Positions 6,408-10,856 of a stretch of DNA of 10,856 bases are shown here, piece after piece. The first letter of the stretch is position 1. Each line of letters begins with the position of its first letter. The position numbers and the translations under genes were made by a program. The stretch is from Paramicrosporidium saccamoebae KSL3. Lineage: Eukaryota > Fungi > Cryptomycota. The DNA is taken from positions 1 through 10,856 of the forward strand of contig MTSL01000068.1 in assembly GCA_002794465.1 (NCBI GenBank), in the 5' to 3' direction. The notes below the pieces were generated by a model, which made no database searches, was not told where the DNA came from, and was given only the letters and a program-made list of their open reading frames with translations.

Positions 6408-8029
6408 TTAGTAGAATTTCAGATCCGGCGCTATGTGAAAGGGACATTCTGTAGAGGCCTTGATCTGTTCCACAGTAACCTCTTGGGCCAACTCTACCAA
6501 CGTTAATCCTTTAGTTTGGTCCACATCAAAGACACACTAAAACAAAAGAACACATTAGGAGATTACCAAGTCAGTGATGATTCGATCAACGCAGGCCCGT
6601 CCAGTCAAAGGTAGCCTACATTCTTTCAGGATCTTTGGCTTTCCACTCCGACTGACATGCTCCATTGTGATGACGATCCGGGCGCCACTTGCTGCCAAGT
6701 CCATTGCCCCGCCCATTCCCTTGACCATCTTTCCTGGAATGATCCAGTTGGCCAAGTCCCCAAACTGGGACACTTCCATTGCTCCCAAAATGCTCAGTTG
6801 CACATGACCCCTAAACCGTCAATCACCAGCGCTATGACGCACCCGCGAATCATTGCAAAGGAGTCATCGCTGGCAAAATAAGATGCACCCGGCAGGACAG
6901 TGACAGTCTCTTTTCCCGCATTGATCAGTTCCGGATCGACTTGATTCTTTGCAGGAAAAGGACCCAAACCCAAAATGCCATTCTCACTCTGCAGATGCAC
7001 CGTCATCCCCTCGGGAATGTAATTGCTCGCCAACATTGGCATTCCGATTCCCAAATTGACGCACATTCCATCACTAAATTCCTTTGCTGCTCTTTGCACA
7101 ATCCTCTCTCGCTTAGAGTCCTGGTCGGTTGTTTTGTTACTAGCGAGGGTTAATCTTTCGATTCGTTTTTCGTATCCCTTACCCAGGACCAACTTGTCAA
7201 TGTATATTCCTGGGAGATGGATGGCTTCGGGATCCAATTGTCCCATTGGGACAATCTCCTCCACCTCGGCAATTGCCACTTTTGCAGCCCGTGCCATCAA
7301 TGGATTGAAATTCCTGGCCGTCTTTCTGAACAGCAAGTTTCCAGTCTCATCCGCCTTCCAAGCTTTCAAAAGGCCGTAATCGCCGGTAATGGACTCTTCC
7401 ATTATATACTTTTGGCCCTTAAACTCGCGTTCCTACAATTAGGGACAGCCAGGACACGGTACTTCTCGTGGCTTGCTGGTAACCGCGGGCTTTCCATCTT
7501 TGGTATGACGGATCACTAGGGATCCCTTCATAATGTCTGTGCCCACTCCGGTCTGTGTGTAGAATGCCGGTATGCCTGCGCCACCCGCCCGTAGTCTCTC
7601 CGCCAAGGTGCCCTATAGCTCAGTATGTGCGGCGTTGGTACCTGCGGGGTCAACTCTACATCCAACTCGCCCGTCAAATACTGACGCTCAAACTCTTCAT
7701 TCTCCCCAACATAGGACGACACCATCTTTTTAATCTGTTTGCTCTTGAGCATCACTCCCAATCCAAAGTCATCCACGCTACAACTTGGGATAGCCTTTAT
7801 GGTGATACCCTGCATTGTTGCTGACTACTGTCAATCCCGACAGGTCCCTTCTCGAGTGCATGGCGGCTATTAGCTTTTCCGGTATTCCGCATAATCCAAA
7901 ACCACCCACCAGGATAGTAGAGCCGCTTGCAATACTGCGCACCGCCTCTTCTGCAGTCACCACCGGCTTTCGCTCAGAAGAGTACCATCTCTGAACCAAG
8001 CGCACTAACAGTCCCCGCGATGTGTTCAT
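6408..8029 (-). CDS. OXCT1: Mitochondrial succinyl-CoA:3-oxoacid CoA-transferase (SCOT), canonical copy 1, 489 aa; exons 8029-7809, 7777-7642, 7612-7463, 7432-6843, 6810-6567, 6536-6408
   Basis: Five 29-32-nt GT-AG introns join the fragmentary ORFs into one 1470-nt frame. Motifs [39 protein letters not shown], catalytic QSENG and KGMGGAMDL are present. The Arg-rich, acid-free N-terminus ([18 protein letters not shown]) resembles a mitochondrial presequence. Confidence 0.93.
6537..6566 (-). other. Intron 5 of SCOT copy 1, 30 nt
   Basis: GTAATCTCCTAATGTGTTCTTTTGTTTTAG, phase 0, joins IITDL to CVFDV. Confidence 0.88.
6811..6842 (-). other. Intron 4 of SCOT copy 1, 32 nt
   Basis: GTGCGTCATAGCGCTGGTGATTGACGGTTTAG, phase 2, within MIRG/GH. 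Confidence 0.88.
7433..7462 (-). other. Intron 3 of SCOT copy 1, 30 nt
   Basis: GTACCGTGTCCTGGCTGTCCCTAATTGTAG, phase 0, joins KPRE to EREF. Confidence 0.88.
7613..7641 (-). other. Intron 2 of SCOT copy 1, 29 nt
   Basis: GTACCAACGCCGCACATACTGAGCTATAG, phase 0, joins LTPQ to GTLAE. Confidence 0.9.
7778..7808 (-). other. Intron 1 of SCOT copy 1, 31 nt
   Basis: GTATCACCATAAAGGCTATCCCAAGTTGTAG, phase 2, within SNNAG/VDDFG. Confidence 0.88.
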
Positions 8030-8054
8030 CAGCCCCGACGAGCTACTTTTACGG

Positions 8055-8060
8055 TTTATT
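8055..8060 (-). terminator. AATAAA polyadenylation signal of SCOT copy 2, inside the 35-nt spacer
   Basis: TTTATT on the + strand, 4 nt after the TGA of copy 2 and 25 nt before the ATG of copy 1. Confidence 0.55.
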
Positions 8061-8064
8061 ACAA

Positions 8065-9656
8065 TCAGAATGTCCCCAATTTGGGAGCCACGGTGAATGG
8101 ACAGCCCGTCTTGCTTCGAAGGGAATCTATCGTTTCGCTACTGACCTTTTCCACCAAAGTCAGTCCCTTTTGGGGATGTACATCAAACACTGCCAACTCG
8201 GTTATTATGCGTTTCACACATTTCGGCGCCGTGAGGGGCAAACTGCATTTGGAAACAATCTTGGGCCGTCCATCCTTGGAGAGATGTGTCATGGTTACAA
8301 TGATTGTACTTCCAGAATTTGCCAGATCCATGGCACCTCCCATGCCCTTGACAATCTTTCCCGGGATAATCCAATTAGCCAAATCGCCAAACTCACTCAC
8401 CTCAAATGCGCCCAACATGCTCATGTCGAAATGGCCCCTATTTGGTCAGTGTTTGTTCATCCCAGTTACCCTCTGATCATTGCAAATGATTCGTCGCTGG
8501 AAAAATAGGATGCACCGGCGTAGACAGTCACCGTCTCCTTTCCAGCATTCACCAAGTCGGGGTCGACCTCTTCTGGCCTTGGAAAGGGTCCCTATGGTCA
8601 GAGTCTTTTCCTTTGGAGCTACTAATCCAAGAACGCCATTCTCGCTGTCAATGTTTATACTCGCGTTTTTTGGTATGAAATTGCTTGCATGTTCTGGCAT
8701 TCCAATCCCCAAATTCACTAGGATCATAACACGGTATTGCGCACCTTACCGTACATTCCGGTTCTAAATTCCTTTGCAGCTCTCCTGGCAATTTTTTCTC
8801 TGGGCGGCATTGTCCCCTTGGGTGTTTCCTTTTCAGCATCCCCATCTCTTGAAACGGTCAAGTGCATAATCTGCTTCTCATATTTTCCTCCCAAGACCAT
8901 TCCGTCCACGTAGATTCCGGGGAGGTGAATCTCATCTGGATCAATTGCCCCCGTCGGCACCAACTCTTCTACCTCTACTAACGTAGTCCTCGCAGCCTTG
9001 GCCATCACCGGGTTGAAGTTGCGTGCCGTCTCTCTAAATACCAAATTTCCAAATTCGTCTCCTTTCCAGGCCTTTATCAACGCCACATCACCGGTGCGGG
9101 CGTGTTCTTGGAGATAATCGTGTCCGTTCCAGGACAGAGTGTTCTTTTTGGGAATGCATGTTCCGTTGGAGTAATTGGTGACCAAATCTCCGTTGGCGTA
9201 GATTGTGCCGGCGCCGCTTCGGGTGTAGAAAATGGGGATTCCTGCCCCTCCCGCCCGAAGAGATTCTGCAATCGTTCCCTAAGCGCTCAGGAAGCCCGTC
9301 TTCTTTACCTGAGGAACAAGGTCAATCTCCAATTTTCCCTCCAAATAATCCTTGACGCATTGTCGGTTTTCACCAATGTAAGAGGCGGTAACTTTTGAGA
9401 CTTTTCCTTCCCTGATCAGTGGCCCAATGCCGAAATCTTCTGTTCCCGTGTCGTTGCTGACAATTTTCAAGTCGGTCACATTCCTCTTTGCCAAAGCCTT
9501 TAGCATCTTTTCGGGAATTCCCGTCAAGCCAAAGCCACCCACTAACAAGGTAGCACCGCTTTTGATGGATGCCGCAGCTTGACTGGCCGACAAAAGCGGC
9601 TTCCGAAAGATTCTCCCATTCGAATGGATTGCAAACCAGCGTCTAATCACAGTCAT
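8065..9656 (-). CDS. SCOT-family (family I) CoA-transferase, diverged copy 2, 488 aa; exons 9656-9309, 9278-8750, 8717-8623, 8591-8470, 8437-8065
   Basis: Four 30-32-nt GT-AG introns give one 1467-nt frame. Retains GGFG, SYIGEN, NLGIG, catalytic SENG and KGMGGAMDL. Start at ATG 9656 ([19 protein letters not shown], presequence-like); the track start at 9668 is a TTG. About 55% identical to copy 1 (hand count). The family is certain; the substrate is not. Confidence 0.9.
8438..8469 (-). other. Intron 4 of copy 2, 32 nt
   Basis: GTAACTGGGATGAACAAACACTGACCAAATAG, phase 2, within MIRG/GH (same site as copy 1 intron 4). Confidence 0.88.
8592..8622 (-). other. Intron 3 of copy 2, 31 nt
   Basis: GTAGCTCCAAAGGAAAAGACTCTGACCATAG, phase 0, joins VLGL to GPFP. 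Confidence 0.88.
8718..8749 (-). other. Intron 2 of copy 2, 32 nt
   Basis: GTAAGGTGCGCAATACCGTGTTATGATCCTAG, phase 1, within GMY-V-NLGIG. Confidence 0.88.
9279..9308 (-). other. Intron 1 of copy 2, 30 nt
   Basis: GTAAAGAAGACGGGCTTCCTGAGCGCTTAG, phase 0, joins LVPQ to GTIAE (same site as copy 1 intron 2). Confidence 0.9.
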
Positions 9657-9884
9657 GCCACAACCCAATCTAATAAAGCCTGATAGAGCGACTTGTAGAC
9701 CGATTCAGGCCAGCATTAAATATTGCCAAATCTGCTATCATGCCCTCATCATATTAGGCCGACGCGGCGACCGGATGAGTCGAAATACTCTAAATATTTA
9801 CAATCTTTATAACATTGGTCGACCTTTGGAAAGTGTGAGATGCTGAATTCGGGAGGATATGCTCGACTGTAACTTACAAATTGA

Positions 9885-9890
9885 TTTATT
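9885..9890 (-). terminator. AATAAA polyadenylation signal of CHS5
   Basis: TTTATT on the + strand, 77 nt past the stop codon. Confidence 0.5.
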
Positions 9891-9967
9891 AACAAGAGAG
9901 TCGGCTCTTTGGGTGTACTCACTCGCACAAACTTGCATGGATAGACTCGATTGCAGTACCGGTTGGC

Positions 9968-10777
9968 TTATTGACAGTAGAATTGGCTTACTGATTGCAT
10001 TCGGCCCGCCTCTTTGCAGGCCTGCACCCATTCCTTTGTGACCACAGGCACGTTGAATTCATCTGCCATCCGCATCAACTGTCCATCATCAACACCACTC
10101 GCAAGCTCATCCCGCGTCCTACCCGTCACTACAACTGCCGTCTTGTCGCCCTGAAAGTCAACAAGTTGCACGCCCAACTGTTGGAGTGCCGCCATGGCGT
10201 CATCAGAGAGACCATCGGGATGCACTTTCAGACATGAGAAATCCTCATACGAGGCTGTTGCGACACTTAGATTGGTAGTGGTGAATCTTCCTGCAGTGGT
10301 CCGAAAGATTAAAATGACATTATACTTTGTGCCGGGTGTAAGGCCAGTGAGTCGGAGAGAGGTCTCATCCGTGGCCATGACTGGCAACTTTCTTCCATCC
10401 ACATAGGCGTCAATGGACTTTAGCGTCGCTTGACTCGTTCCTCGCAACACCTCCCATTGCGGCCACCCCACAGTTACGGTCGTGTGTGTATTGTCCATCA
10501 TTGTCAGACATCCTTCAATCTTCCCCTCGTCTGGCCGGCCTCCAAAGTTTCTCAGAATCGCAGTCTGCAACGCCAGAAAGTCAGCCTCACGAGCTAGTTG
10601 CAAGTCGGAAGCACTAGTAATGCGGATTTTGAGGACAGTGCCCACAGTGGCATTCGGAAGGAGGGAAGAAGGAATCTCTAACATGTGTAGATCATCTGTC
10701 AGCACTATTGCGGCACCCGACTCGACTTTTCCCACTGTCAATGGCACTATTATTTCATGCTCCGCCGTTGTCGGCAT
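9968..10777 (-). CDS. CHS5: Exomer core subunit Chs5 (Chs5_N + FN3 + BRCT), 269 aa
   Basis: LTVGKVESGAAIVLTDDLHMLEIPSSLLP matches the yeast Chs5 N-terminus as I recall it ([29 protein letters not shown]). FN3 motif LTGLTPGTKYNV; BRCT end NVPVVTKEWVQAC...FY. Confidence 0.92.
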   Translation of the reverse strand: MPTTAEHEIIVPLTVGKVESGAAIVLTDDLHMLEIPSSLLPNATVGTVLKIRITSASDLQLAREADFLALQTAILRNFGGRPDEGKIEGCLTMMDNTHTTVTVGWPQWEVLRGTSQATLKSIDAYVDGRKLPVMATDETSLRLTGLTPGTKYNVILIFRTTAGRFTTTNLSVATASYEDFSCLKVHPDGLSDDAMAALQQLGVQLVDFQGDKTAVVVTGRTRDELASGVDDGQLMRMADEFNVPVVTKEWVQACKEAGRMQSVSQFYCQ

Positions 10778-10856
10778 ATAAGTAAATGTTTATTGTGAAG
10801 TTGAAAGTACTCTTTATCCCTGGCCCGTAGATGTAAGATGAGATGATGTGATGTGA

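Noticed and set aside
8030-8040. Microsporidian-type CCC/GGG motif just upstream of start codons
   Set aside because: Present within ~20 nt for about 5 of 8 genes at variable distance, which is too close to chance for a 3-nt motif at this GC content.
6408-9668. Reading the SCOT fragments as pseudogenes or as bacterial split atoD/atoA subunits
   Set aside because: Every break is precisely repaired by a 29-32-nt GT..TAG intron, giving two full-length fused eukaryotic-type proteins.
9940-9992. Cryptic intron extending the Chs5 C-terminus (GTAAGC or GTCAAT donors)
   Set aside because: No TAG acceptor at 29-32 nt, and the GTAAGC option would delete the conserved BRCT-terminal FY.
417-10781. Antisense and alternative-frame ORFs in the track (e.g. 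739..1104, 4757..5293, 7927..8508, 10482..10781)
   Set aside because: They are shadows of the real genes on the opposite strand or in other frames, with no recognisable motifs.

Overview
This is a gene-dense eukaryotic window, not a bacterial one, holding 8 genes. In order: the 5' end of biotin-protein ligase BPL1 (<1..173, -, missed by the ORF track); two tandem intronless paralogues encoding signal-peptide proteins with an unrecognised N-terminal domain plus ~7 degenerate ankyrin-like repeats (427..1596 and 1969..3129, -); cytosolic asparaginyl-tRNA synthetase (3857..5560, +); TVP18 (5802..6256, +, 1 intron); two tandem, strongly diverged mitochondrial SCOT-type CoA transferases (6408..8029 and 8065..9656, -, 5 and 4 introns, only 35 nt apart); and a minimal exomer subunit Chs5 (9968..10777, -). 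All 10 introns I could reconstruct are 29-32 nt, GT..TAG. Chs5, Tvp18, fungal-type BPL1, tiny introns and short spacers suggest a compacted early-diverging fungal relative, such as a Rozellomycota (Paramicrosporidium-like) endoparasite; this is inference and was not searched. The best candidates for something undescribed are the secreted ankyrin-like pair (possible host-directed effectors) and the diverged second CoA transferase (possible change of substrate). Percent identities are hand counts and approximate.
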